Shown here: positions 1-11,899 of the stretch, piece by piece
How the letters are laid out: each line of letters opens with the position of its first letter
Numbering within the stretch: the stretch's first letter is position 1
NCBI GenBank assembly: GCA_951406725.2
Contig: OX597817.1
Location: 103,602,001-103,666,000, forward strand
Direction: 5' to 3'
Origin: Octopus vulgaris
Lineage: Eukaryota
Length of the DNA stretch: 64,000 bases
Made by a program: the position numbers and the translations under genes
Notes under the pieces: generated by a model
Seen by the model: the letters and a program-made list of their open reading frames with translations, nothing else
Told to the model about the DNA's origin: nothing
The model's database searches: none

Positions 1-189
1 CATACTGATGCAACACAAAAAAAGAAAGAACATACAATGCTGCACACACCTCAATAGCACAGAAGTGTAGAAAGTGACGCAGCAGAAATTTACTTGAAAC
101 TATCAGATGTCAAAAAATAATAATGGTGAAGATGGTGATAACAGTGGTAAGAAAAAGAAATTTAGAGAGAAACAGAGCACGAAAAAAGC

Positions 190-871
190 AATGGCATGGA
201 AAGGAGGAGAAACATACAGTCAGTTTGCAAGAGATACGAGCGCCAAGAAAGATACAGAAGACCGGTGGTCATAAAGGCAGAGGAGTGATTTGAAGATAGC
301 AACAGAAGCATTTATATGCGTGCCATAAGAACAGGCATTGAGGACAAAATATGTGAAGTGCAGAATTGATAAAACAACTGAAAGCGACAAATGCAGAATG
401 TGTGCTGAGAGGAGTGAAACAGTGTGGAACATTGTTAGCGAATACCCTAAACTGGCACAAAGTGATTACAAAAGACGACATGACAATGTGGCAAGAATAT
501 TCGATATAGCATGTCTTGATTACAACAGGACAAAAGAGAAAGAAGAAAAAGTGAACAACTACGATGTATTGAAGTGGGAAAATACTCAGGTTGTGGGAAA
601 TGAAGTGAGTGGACGTGATACCAATAGCGACTGGCGCGCTTGGAAGCATCAGTATTCAACTATCAACATGGATCCAAAAGATTAGTATAGTAAAAATAGA
701 ACACCAACAAAAACCATCATCGCTTGAAACTGCAAGGGTTCACCGCTGGATCCTTTGAGCATGATCAGTAAACAAGTGTCACCTTTGACTGCTGGCCGCG
801 GGCAGCTGACACTTTCCATCATACCCAGGAAAATAATCTGAGAGTTTTCATGAAACAACAACAACGAAAGC
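190..871 (+). mobile_element. R4/Dong-like RLE non-LTR retrotransposon, degraded 3' fragment
   Basis: Reads ATEAFICxxxEQALRTKYVKCRIDKTTESDKCRMCAERSETVWNIVSEYPKLAQSDYKRRHDNVARI, the zinc knuckle and RHD motif preceding the restriction-like endonuclease. Ends directly at (AAT)n. Confidence 0.8.

Positions 872-963
<92 letters not shown>
872..963. repeat. (AAT)n microsatellite
   Basis: Uninterrupted AAT run. Confidence 0.98.
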
Positions 964-964
<1 letters not shown>

Positions 965-2484
965 TGATGTATTTAATTTTCACTTTAGTTCCTCAATTTC
1001 TTAGAGATATGGTGTATATTTTAAAAAAGGTTGACATTTTAATAAAACTTTTCGATTAAGATTGAAGAGTGAGATTAAACAATCTTGAATTTGGTTGCAT
1101 GATTTGTTAAACTACATAATCTTATTAACTGTCAACAGTCTTTCATTGGATTTACAATATCATGTTCCGGTATTACTATAGATTGCAAAAATACATTTTC
1201 CTGCTTTAAGCATAGAAATCATTGAACACCAACAGGAATGACTTTTAAACAATAACAGATATGCCTTGTTTCACTTCAGATGTTCCGCAATAGGGATTTT
1301 ATCATTTGATTCTGTCAAATGTAGTCTTTAATTATCAACACTAATATAGAGAAATGTATTTGTAATGTAAATATTTTGTATATTTTCTTAAACTTTACCT
1401 TACCAAACATGATTTACTCTATCATTATTGCAGTTTATGTAGGAAAGGTTAAACTAATTTGTTAACAAATATATATAAAATTTGCTTTCGAGAAGCAGGT
1501 TTCAATTGACTTTTTTTTTTGCCAAATGGAAGATGTTTTTATTTATTTATTTTTTTGTTTATAAAGACAAAAGAATTCATGTTTACATTAAATTAAAGCA
1601 AAGAATTTAATGCTCGCACCCATAGAAGTTTATCTTTTTAATATTATTTTTCTTTTTTTTTTTTTCATACTTATACATAAGGACTGATGCTGCCATTTTA
1701 ATCTGTGTCCTGATGTGTTACAAAAAAAAGTTAAAAGGGATTTTCGTAGGGTTTATAATTTGTTTTTCATTCTTTCAAACTCATACTTATTACTATTTAG
1801 GGAATTGTGCGCTTTACATATTTTTATTTCTCTAGCTATTGTAATAACAGTGTCTCCTATAATTATTATTTATAGCTCTTTAATGGTGGTGGATTGGCAG
1901 AAGGGTTAGATTCATAAAGAATGCCTTGTGGTATTTAGTTACGACTCTTAATGTTTTGAGTTTAAATGTTGCAGAAGTCAAGATTACCTTTCATCCCTCC
2001 AAGGTCAATGAAAAAAGTACTAAGGTTGTTGTAATCGACTGTTTTCTCTTCTCTCAAAATTGCTATCCTTGTGCCTAAATAAGAAGCAATTATTTATAAG
2101 TCTTCATCGTGGGGTCGTGGAATACTAATAATTGCAGGTTTATGTGAAAAAAATAACCATGCAGCATGCAAATGCTGTAACTGTGTACAAACAAATGCTC
2201 GTAAATTAGCTACAGTGATCATGAGAATTACAAACCTAGAGAGAATGCACAAACGTAAATCTAATTTCAAACGTATTTACGAATGTTAGAACTCAAAGTA
2301 TAGAAAAAAATATTGTAGTCAAAGCGTTTCTATAGTTTCTGTTTGTGTATGTATGTGATGTGTATGTATGTGTCACAATGTAATTCTTCTTTTCGGTTAG
2401 GTTATCATGTAGGCTTAGAGCTATAAAAAAAAAACTTCAAAAGACGTTAAGCTAACTACCTGTCTTTTTTCCGGCTTATGGACA

Positions 2485-3050
2485 ACAGTAAAGCCACTAA
2501 GTTGGCTAGCCACGTATGGGGTTTCGAGATCAACTCCACGCCGCATCACAATCAAATGAAAATCGTAGAAAAATCCAAGCCATATGTTAATGGATCTAAA
2601 AAATGCAAATTATGAGTAGCTGAAAGATCGCATATCCTCATTAGATCTAAGAATTCTACCGCAATGCTGAACTTTAGATCAGAGATTTTCAGCAAATACA
2701 AATATATGGACAAGTTTCTTTTGATGAATTGGAGAACACCATCCTCTTTGAGCGGTTGTATCGCAGACTTTACATCCCTTCCTTTGATTCTACACTAACT
2801 AGCTTTATGGCTTTACGGTCAAAGAGAGTATAACTCTAATTCCCTTTTTTTTTAGTTTTCCATTTCTTTTTCTGTTTTCTTTTTTTCTTTTTTTCACCCT
2901 TCTACATTCTATTGTCTTGATTTGTAACATTTATAGGCCATGTGCTCCGAGCCCGAAGATTACTTGAAGACACTAGGCGTGTTATTAAAATCTGCCCAGA
3001 CATCTCCAGTGTATGAAACTATTAGTAGCTCATAACTATATATTTATCGC
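2485..3050 (+). mobile_element. Penelope-like element 3' relic (GIY-YIG C-terminus plus hammerhead-bearing tail)
   Basis: Reads KATKLASHVW...IK*KIVEKSKPYVNGSKKCKL*VAERSHIL...LNFRSEIFSK, followed by a hammerhead at 2949-3031. Confidence 0.7.
2949..3031 (+). ncRNA. Type I hammerhead ribozyme motif with long helix II (family C)
   Basis: gagc-CCGAAGA-long insert-GAAA-ct att ag-TA-gctc. Stem I is gagc/gctc and the cleavage triplet is GUA. Confidence 0.6.
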
Positions 3051-4278
3051 TCGACGGGTGGAGTATTTTTTTATCTCATCAATGACTCGTTACAGAGTCT
3101 CCGAAGCCGGCGAGAGGAAGGGTATCCTCATACCAGAAACCTTGTCCGGGAGCAAGCTTTCGGACCATGACCCGGCTAAGATGGACTCCGGTGAAGGCAC
3201 TTAATGTGGTGATATTAAACAGAGTGACGGGTCAAAATTATCATCCAAGTAAGCCATAGCGGGAGTTGACTTCATAATATAAAGAGTCGAAACAAATATC
3301 CAAGACTTCTAGTCCGACGTCATACAGTTCTGCTAGCCCATTGCTTTGGATAGGTACTTATTTATCGACCCTAAAAGGGTGAAAAATAAAGTTGATTTCG
3401 GCAGGATGTGAACTCGGAATTCAGGGAGTTGAAACAAACATTGTGAATCATTTTGTCCGACGCCCTAAGGATTCTTCTCAATCACTATATGTAATATAGT
3501 GAATTGAAAAAGTTTGATCAACTGATATATTTCAAGTAATTAGTAGGCAAAAAAAAAACCTCTTTCAAGGAGTGTTTGTAAGCTAAACAACAAATATAAA
3601 TAACTTAAATAAGATAAGTTGAGAGAAATGAATATTCATCGACACTTCTGTAGTTTGACTTACGGAGAGTGATAGAAGTTTTTCTGGCCGCATATTTACA
3701 CATCGACACACAATTAACAAAGTAATAATAAGAATAATATATAAATACATATGTATGTGTGTGTGTATATATATATATGTACACACACACATACAAACAC
3801 ACACACACACACACACACATGCACACATGCATATGGGTTTCTACGAGGCGGCAAATGTTTAAATTTGCCATTCAATAATACACGTAACTCCAGCCAAATG
3901 TATTCAGCGGCATTTTCTTTCGCTTGTACACTCACACGTGTGTATATATACAGAAATCCCTCGCCATATGGACGGCAACACATTGACGATTTAAAGGCCG
4001 GCGCAAACTTTTTAGCTTCATGTAACAGAGAATTCCTAAACACTCGCTCCTGAAAATTTTAATCCCCTTCCAGCCTCATTTAGACCCCTTTTCACATTTT
4101 GGTTAAAATAACCCTATTTCATTCAGGTCTACTCGGGCCACATTTTATAAGATGAGGAATTTTGTCCTAGAGGTCACGCCTTTCATTTGAGGAAAAAAAT
4201 AGTTGCCATGCAAACTCGCCAGCACTTTTAACATAGGTGTGCATATTTTCAGCTCAACCGACCAAATAATGCATACAT

Positions 4279-4324
<46 letters not shown>

Positions 4325-4792
4325 TATATTGAGGGTACTACTATTCGTAGATACCACACGTTAAGAGGGACCAATGCAGTCAAAACTACTAAAATAAACA
4401 AAATTTTACCGAATGCAAAACGTCAAAGCAAATCATTTTAAAAATGAATTCAGTTACATATCACCTGTGATTTCGCATTTAATGCAGAATATGCATTTCA
4501 TGTTCAACAGTGCAACAAACTCAAGAAATATAAGAAAAAACATAACGTTACAAGCTCGATAGCCAACCGTAGAATTCGTCGTAGCATGTACGAATGTTTA
4601 TCTTTACATATCTATGAAAATGGCGGGCTTATTCGCAATGCATTTCGGTACCAAATTGCCTACTCGGAATAAAAATTCAGTATTGAACTATTCCGGTGAA
4701 AAAATATAAATTAACAATTGAGGATAAAATAGGTTACGAGGTTTTTCACGCTAACTACTGATAATTTCTTTTAAAGATTTTATCCTCAATTG

Positions 4793-4859
<67 letters not shown>

Positions 4860-4868
4860 TATATACGC

Positions 4869-4909
<41 letters not shown>

Positions 4910-5051
4910 ACGCATGATATATACAAATGTATATATAAATACAGATATATACACTTTGTATATATACATTATATATACATATTTATATATAGATACACAC
5001 ACACACACACACACACACACACGTATACAAATTAATCCAATAAATATCTGA

Positions 5052-5556
5052 TTCATGATTGTGTGGTGGTGGTAGTGGTGGCGATAATAATTCTCTCTAT
5101 GAATGCAGACAGCCGTACAGAGAGAGAGACAGAGAGAGAGAGGGGGGAGAAAGAGTGACAGAGCTGGCGAAGGTGGCTGGAGAAAGATAGTAGAAGCTGT
5201 CAAACGTCGTTATAGATCGAAATTGGAGGGAATGGAGGAAAGAGAGACAGACGGGGGAAGACAGGCAGATATGCGAAAGTGCGAAATGACAATTCATAAT
5301 ATTTGTTCTCATGATTGTGTGGTGATGATGGTGGCGATAATAATTCTCTCTATGAATGCAGACAGACGTAGAGAGAGAGCGAGAGAGAGAGAAAGGATGT
5401 GGAAGAAAGACTGACAGAGCTGGCGAAGGCGGCGGGGGAAAGATAGTAGAAGCTGTCAAACGTCGTTATAGAGAGAAAGTGAAGGGAAGGGAGGAAAGAG
5501 AGAGAGATGGAGGAAGACAGGCAGATAAGAGAAAGCGAGAAACGATAAACACTTGT
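5052..5556. repeat. Tandem duplication of a ~255 bp purine-rich unit
   Basis: tcatgattgtgtggtg...gcgataataattctctctatgaatgcagacag...gaagctgtcaaacgtcgttataga occurs at ~5052 and ~5308. Confidence 0.9.
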
Positions 5557-5742
5557 CAAAGTGTGGGGTTTTTTGCCCTAGTAACCACAACTTTTGAGAT
5601 AGGGATTTCTAACCTAGCCCACTCACATCCGTACCTCTTTTTACATGTCCCTATAAATTTTGGAGTGAATCCGACAGGATCTAGTGCCCTTTAACCCGTT
5701 CCAATGGCAAAACCAGACAAACAAACTTTTCGCATTTCAGAT

Positions 5743-5743
<1 letters not shown>

Positions 5744-5779
<36 letters not shown>

Positions 5780-5840
5780 TGTATGTATGTATGTATGTAT
5801 GTATATATGTATGTATATATGTATGTATGTATATACATAT

Positions 5841-5871
<31 letters not shown>

Positions 5872-5876
5872 CATAC

Positions 5877-5941
<65 letters not shown>
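5744..5941. repeat. Compound (TATG)n/(TACA)n/(TA)n microsatellite
   Basis: Direct reading. Similar compounds occur at 9393-9470, 10400-10551, 12868-13073, 28143-28287 and 34452-34636. Confidence 0.97.
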
Positions 5942-5943
<2 letters not shown>

Positions 5944-6169
5944 GGAGTAAACACATAAATGTGAAACAAGGTGGAAAAAAGAGTACTCAAATACCAGTGG
6001 TAGAGTAATATGCTTTATTTTAAGCAGCAGAAAATTCAACAAAATCTGTTACTCTGAGTTTCTCGTTGCCGTTCATCAGACAGTTTTTTCTAGCAAAAAC
6101 TGTCTGATGAACGGCAACGAGAAACTCAGAGTAACAGATTTTGTTGAATTTTCTGCTGCTTAAAATAAA

Positions 6170-6170
<1 letters not shown>
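5941..6170 (-). mobile_element. Non-autonomous hammerhead element (family A) with head-to-head inverted copy
   Basis: Perfect 76-bp inverted arms at 6013-6088 and 6095-6170. The tail is shared with copies at 13661-13902, 25961-26118 and 37204-37391. Flanked by (TA)n on both sides. Confidence 0.8.
6100..6137 (+). ncRNA. Minimal type I hammerhead ribozyme (family A); identical copy on the - strand at 6046-6083
   Basis: ctgt-CTGATGA-acg gcaa cga-GAAA-ctc a gag-TA-acag. Confidence 0.8.
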
Positions 6171-6222
<52 letters not shown>

Positions 6223-6329
6223 CATATATATATATACATATATACATACATTTAGAGAGAGAGGGAAAGACAGAAAGAACCAGACCAGACAGACAAACAG
6301 TTTTGATTCTCAATTTCCTTTATTTTTTT

Positions 6330-6725
6330 ATTCGTTTCAGACATTTGACTGCAGCCATGCTGAAGTACCACCTTTTAGTCGAATTAATGAACCTCAGGGC
6401 TTATTCTTTGTAACTCTGGTACATAGTCTATCGGTCGCTTTTGCCGAACCGTTAGTTACGGGGACGTAAACACAACACCATTGGTTTTCAAGCGATGGTG
6501 GTGGTGGAGACAAACACACGCACACACACATAAACACATACATGTATACATGTATATATACATATGACAGACTTCTTTCAGTTTCCGGCGACCAAATCCA
6601 CTCATAATGCTTTGATCAGCCCGAGGCTATAGAAGACACTAGCCCAAGGTATCACGCAGTGAGACTGGATCCCGAACCATGTGGTTGAGAAGCAAGCTTC
6701 TTACCACACAGCCACGCCTGTGCCA
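6330..6725 (-). mobile_element. tRNA-derived CORE-like SINE
   Basis: The minus strand begins ggcgtggctgtgtggtaagaagcttgc...ggttcgggatccagtc (A/B-box-like head), then a ccttgggc core-like motif. Homologous to many copies in the window. Confidence 0.8.
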
Positions 6726-6789
6726 ATATACTTATACAAGACTATCCATGACCCGTTGGGTCACTGGGAAAGTCTGAGTTTCCGAGCAA

Positions 6790-7109
6790 CGGAGTTTTGT
6801 TTCATGAGTTTTTCTTTCTTTTCCAGGTTATTTCGCATGCTTTCAACGAATATGTCATCGAAATCACGCGTAAACAGCTCCTTTCCCCAGAAAAGGAAAG
6901 ATTTGGCTGTTATTTCTTGCACACCCTGCAACCACGTTAACAAGTGTTTCGGGTCCTTTATCGCAAATAGCTCTTATGTAGTAGCAGGGTGTGCTACAAA
7001 TAGCAGCCAAGTCTTTGGAGGTGAGATACGTTGAATGCAATCCAAGAAACCTAGGGAAAAAATTATTTCACACCGAGGTTATGAACGAGTCTTTTAAGAA
7101 ATATTTACC
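6790..7109. mobile_element. Partial non-autonomous TIR element, same family as 51417-51888
   Basis: Shares ggttatttcgcat...catcgaaatcacgcgtaaac...gatttggctg and the terminus atttcacaccgagg...gaaatatttacc. Confidence 0.7.
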
Positions 7110-7519
7110 GTATTTTTAAAGTCATTTTCACTTTTAAATATTTTTAAAAATATGCCAAGAAATTTTTTTGTATAGGTATTCACTTGAAAATAACTTTTAA
7201 AAAAACCCATTGAACTGTTTAAAGAAAGCTAAAATATAAAAATTTACTGTACAAACAATTTACATTTTTGAAATCACATTCACTTAAAAATATTTCTAAA
7301 TGATTAAAATATTCTGTTTAGCAAAAGTGAAAATATAAATATTTACTGTAAAAAAACAAATCGTATCTTTTCGTTGTCAAGTCACTGTGTCTAATGGAAA
7401 GGTAAGAGTTTCTTCCAGAATTAAATTATTTTTGGAATATTTTCCCATTATGCACCGTTTATCTCCACAAATACTTGTCCAATTTACGCGAAATTTGTTT
7501 TATTCCGTTCGTATTTACA

Positions 7520-9230
7520 TTTGAGGGGAATGAATCCAAGTGCACAAAGGGTAAATAGGTTAAAATCATACAAAGTAATTACTTTTGGGAAAAGATTTAA
7601 ATGTTGATAAAAAGAAACTCTTTTGTAAATCCTATTAGATTACCTCTGATGAGAGAAATGTGGATGATTGCTATGGTTGGAAATAATTCACCCATCTCAA
7701 CATACATATTCTCGAAACGGCCGTCAGACTTTCTACCTGCTGAATATTCTTCATAAAATCATGATGCGTTATTCGCTATTTCTGGCTCCTCTTTACAAGT
7801 GATTGTTTTAAATATATAAGACTTAGATATTCTATTTGAAAACATCACCAAACGTGTTAATTTTTTTGTAATTAAGATTAAAGTTAGACAATGGCTTATT
7901 TTATCCTTACCATAAGCCTAGTAAAACCATTAATTATATCCACGCCTTATCCAATCATCCCCAAAGTGTTATTTGTAGGGTAGTCAAAGGGGTGTCGATA
8001 AGAATTTCTAACTTATCTGCAAAAGAAAAGATTTTTTTATCACTTTGCACCCATTTATAATACAGCATTGAAGAACAGTGGATTCGATAGGAAGATATAT
8101 TAAGAATACACTATTTAAAAATGAATTAGGTAAACTTTTTCCAAATCTTACGAAATTAAGCATTGATACCCCTTCCGTGAACGAACCTCCCGAGCATCAG
8201 GACCGCCACCGTAATAGAAGACACTATAATTCATTTAATTATAATAATAATTATCCTGGACAAATGAGGAACAACTCAGCGAGGAAACGGGAAATTATCT
8301 GGTTCACCCCTCCTTTTTCCTTCCAAGTCAGTAATCTCCCTAAATTATTTTTTAGGATTATTGACAGGAATTTCCCGTTAGGCAATATATATCATCACAT
8401 CTTTAATAGGTCCTGCCTGAAATCGTACTCAACTACGCCTAATCCAGGATCAATAACTGCGGCTAATAAAATAGATTAAAACTTAGGAATAATGGTATCG
8501 ATAGAGATGATAATATAGCTGGCCTCAATATGAATAATAATAAGAATACAGATATCAAAAGTATAAAGGTGAAGCATGGAAATAAACATGCAATTGCCAT
8601 AACCGAGATTTATGTCCCTTAAAGGGATTCTGTTCAAGAAGAAATGTCGTGTGGCCGCACTTGCTACCCACTTTAATAAATCAAAGTGCGTAATAAAGAA
8701 TTCAGCTTGGATTGGTCTATTATAACGGAAATCTCACCGTACAATACACACGTTTGAAATTGTAAATTATGCACAAAAGAATCAATCATTATACTCTGTA
8801 CTAATAAAAAAATTTACACAGTATGATTTCGGATGACATAATTCTTTGTAGACATAAATATTTATCAACGTTTAATTTTTTTCCAAAAATAATTAGTTTA
8901 TATAATTTTAATCTATTTATCCTTTGTGCATTTGGATTCATCTGAAAACACTATTATCAATAGTTTTATAATCTATTTAAACATGTCAACTCAGCTGTTA
9001 TTATATATCATTTGCCTGAACAGTACATCCTTTAGGTACAGCATTCGAATTTAAAAAAATTCTTATGCTTTTTAAAATTAAAAAAATTCTTTTGTAAATC
9101 TTCTTAAATAACCTCTGATGAGAGAAATGTGGATGATTGCTATGTTTGGAAATAATTCGCCCATTTCAACTTCCATATTCTCGAAACGGCCGACAGACTT
9201 TGTACCTGCTGAAGATTCTTCTTAAAATCA
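7520..9230 (+). mobile_element. Penelope-like retroelement relic with hammerhead-containing direct repeats and a 5' inverted segment
   Basis: Reads YPYHKPSKTINYIHALSNHP, RKREIIWFTPPFS, HIFNR, CNCHNRDLCPLKGFC. ~150 bp direct repeats at 7618-7761 and 9087-9230. 7530-7610 is the reverse complement of 8860-8941. Confidence 0.85.
7641..7730 (+). ncRNA. Type I hammerhead motif in the Penelope pseudo-LTR (second copy at 9111-9200 has GUC>GAC)
   Basis: CTGATGA at 7646-7652, helix II gagaa...ttctc, GAAA at 7714-7717, palindromic acggccgt, GTC at 7723-7725. Stem I is weak. Confidence 0.7.
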
Positions 9231-9396
9231 TCTTATACCACCATTTCATCTATTTGGATTACTGCTTTACATTCACCATGTGCATCTTATAATATCTTCA
9301 TTGATTTCTAATACGGATATACAATTTCATAAGATCTCATGCAAGTACATTTATTATTTATATGTATTTATATATTTATTTATTTTATCGTGTATA

Positions 9397-9432
<36 letters not shown>

Positions 9433-9544
9433 TGTATGTATGTATGTATGTATGTATGTATGTATATGTATGAGTGCACCTATGTATACGGTGAAGTATT
9501 CCGATGCTGTGAAATATATTGAGTGATTAAGAACACTGAGCTCT

Positions 9545-10160
9545 GAAATATGTTCTCTCTTTCTAAGTTGTATATATAATGACTTAGGTTGTTTGTTGCT
9601 TTTGACAATTTTAATGTCAAGTAAAATTCTTGTTAGTTTTTGGTCCTTGTGTAGTATTGGTAGGTTTTGTATGATTGTGCTGAATGCTTCTTTGTTTCTG
9701 GGGTTGTATGTGGAAATGTAGGGTAAGAAACTGCAAAATTATTCCTCTCCACAACAAACCCCAAAGTAGAAGAAAAAAGTAATCGCCCCAGCTGTTGTAC
9801 ATGCTCCAACCTTTTGGAAGGGTCAGAATACTATTTTCAACAAGGGCAACACTTTACAATTAAATCAAATCTCACTTGTGCATCCAAAAATCTGATTTAC
9901 GTAATCAGATGCTCGGGCAGTAAGAAAGACTATGTCGGAGGCACGGGGAATTCTACCCGTCAACGCTGTACGGTGCATTGTGAACAGATAGCCTCACCAC
10001 AATACTGCCAAATTAATCCCAGTGAACATATCGACGTATGTACGAAACAAATACAACCTAAATTCACTATTCCCCCTATATAAATTTGCTGACTGGACTC
10101 AATAAAGAGACATATTTCATCCAAAAATACAACACTGAACGAAACACAAATTCATTTTAA
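9545..10160 (+). mobile_element. Penelope-like (Neptune-type) GIY-YIG fragment with inverted 5' part
   Basis: + strand reads NRPSCCTC...FTIKSNLTCASKNLIYVIRCSGSKKDYVGGTG. The - strand at ~9575-9715 reads STYNPRNKEAFSTIIQNLPILHKDQKL...KQPKSL, the linker that normally precedes it. Confidence 0.8.
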
Positions 10161-10405
10161 TTGTATTACTAATTGTCACTTAATTACCTGACTCCTGGAC
10201 ATTCATTCATAATCAAACCTGAGTCATGAGAGGTCCGACATGACTCTTGTGGAGAAAGTATTCATATTTTGACAATTGCTTTATCGTTCATTTTCTATTG
10301 GACTGACTTATTTTAATCAATTATGGAATTTTAACATATACGGAAAGGTTATATATGTATGCCAACCACAATTTTTAGGTATAAATTACTGTTCATACTT
10401 ATATG

Positions 10406-10439
<34 letters not shown>

Positions 10440-10488
10440 TGTATGTATGTATGTATGTATGTATGTATGTATTTATGTATGCATGTAC

Positions 10489-10554
<66 letters not shown>

Positions 10555-10814
10555 CAAGAGAGAAAATGGGATATTAGAGCATAAAATATATGCATATACA
10601 CTCGTACACACATTACTGCTTGATATTTAAAACCTAGTACGGTAATATAATTAACTGTGTATAAAATGAAATGACTCCTGTAACTGTATGCTTGCCAAAA
10701 ACACTGAAGAGCTTCTTGAAAAAATAAGAGTTGCTCCCCTTGACATATTGCTTCATCTTTGTTCACCCTTTTTCAAAGATGGCGTCCTATTGACAGCAAA
10801 AATGTTTTCTCTAT

Positions 10815-10853
10815 ATAAGTTGACAATCGTTTGATCGGGAAACCGGTACTTAT
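10815..10853 (+). ncRNA. Minimal hammerhead motif, U3-A8 core variant
   Basis: ataag-TTGACAA-tcg tttgat cgg-GAAA-ccg-GTA-cttat. Confidence 0.6.
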
Positions 10854-11543
10854 TTAATTTGTAATGATGTAATGATGTAATATAATCCTAATATCACCTA
10901 AATTATATTATACAAACTTTCTGTGACTCTTACATTTCTTTTCTTTCTTATATACCTATCCCACGTATAGAGAGAACTTTCCAGAATATATATATATAAG
11001 GAAAAATGCATTAAATACGACAAAGCGTACACGTAGGACAGACACAGAAGGACCGTAATTCTTCATTAGTTATCGACCGAAAAATACTAATACCCATTTT
11101 TTTGCCTTTAACGATAAGACTGAGAACGTCGTATATCGGTGCTACCTGCAAGATTTGCGTTGAATTAGGGCTCGAGAAAACAAGACAATACAGGGTGGAC
11201 GTACGAAAGTAAACAAATATAATTTGAAACGATAAACGAAGACAAAAAATAAAGCGTTTCGGCCAAATACGAGAATGATGGGTAATGCCAAGAAAAAAAC
11301 CTCAAATGAATATTAAAAAAGAGAATTAGTAAGGAAGGATAAAAAGTTGACCGGCAATCTAGGTGTCCAGGGGAGAAAAGGCAGAGATGGGGAAATTAGT
11401 CACGGATCACGTGGGGGCAGTAGATAGAAGGGAAGGAGGATGAGAGAGAGGGAGAGAGAGCGGCAGAGAGAGAAAGAGATAGAGAGAGAACAGGAGAAGG
11501 AAGGGAGAAAGTCTGCGACTAAGTGTGAAAAGACGAGTGAGAA

Positions 11544-11581
11544 CTGTTACTCAGAGTTTCACGTTTCCGTTCATCGGACAG
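11544..11581 (-). ncRNA. Minimal hammerhead motif (family A)
   Basis: Reverse complement ctgt-CCGATGA-acg gaaa cgt-GAAA-ctc t gag-TA-acag. Confidence 0.75.
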
Positions 11582-11709
11582 TTTCGGTTGGGAACCAAGA
11601 GAGGAAGTAGGGATGCTAGAAAAGGAATATTAGAACGAGAGCGAAAGAAAGAAAGAAAGAAAGAAAGATAGAGTCGCAAAAAATATTTTAAAAACTTACT
11701 GTTAACAGA

Positions 11710-11899
11710 AGTCGGGATGCGTGGCGTTGAGTTATTCAATAAATGAAAAATGTATTAAATACTACAAAACGTACGCCGTAGGACAGACACAGAAGGATCG
11801 AAGAATTAAAGCCCTTCTGTGTCTGTCCTACGGTGTACGTTTTGTAGTATTTAATGCATTTTTCATTTATTGAGTAACTGAACGCCACGAATCCCGACT
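11710..11899. repeat. Long inverted repeat (87-bp arms, 16-nt spacer)
   Basis: agtcgggatgcgtggcgtt...ggacagacacagaagg versus ccttctgtgtctgtcc...aacgccacgaatcccgact. Confidence 0.92.
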
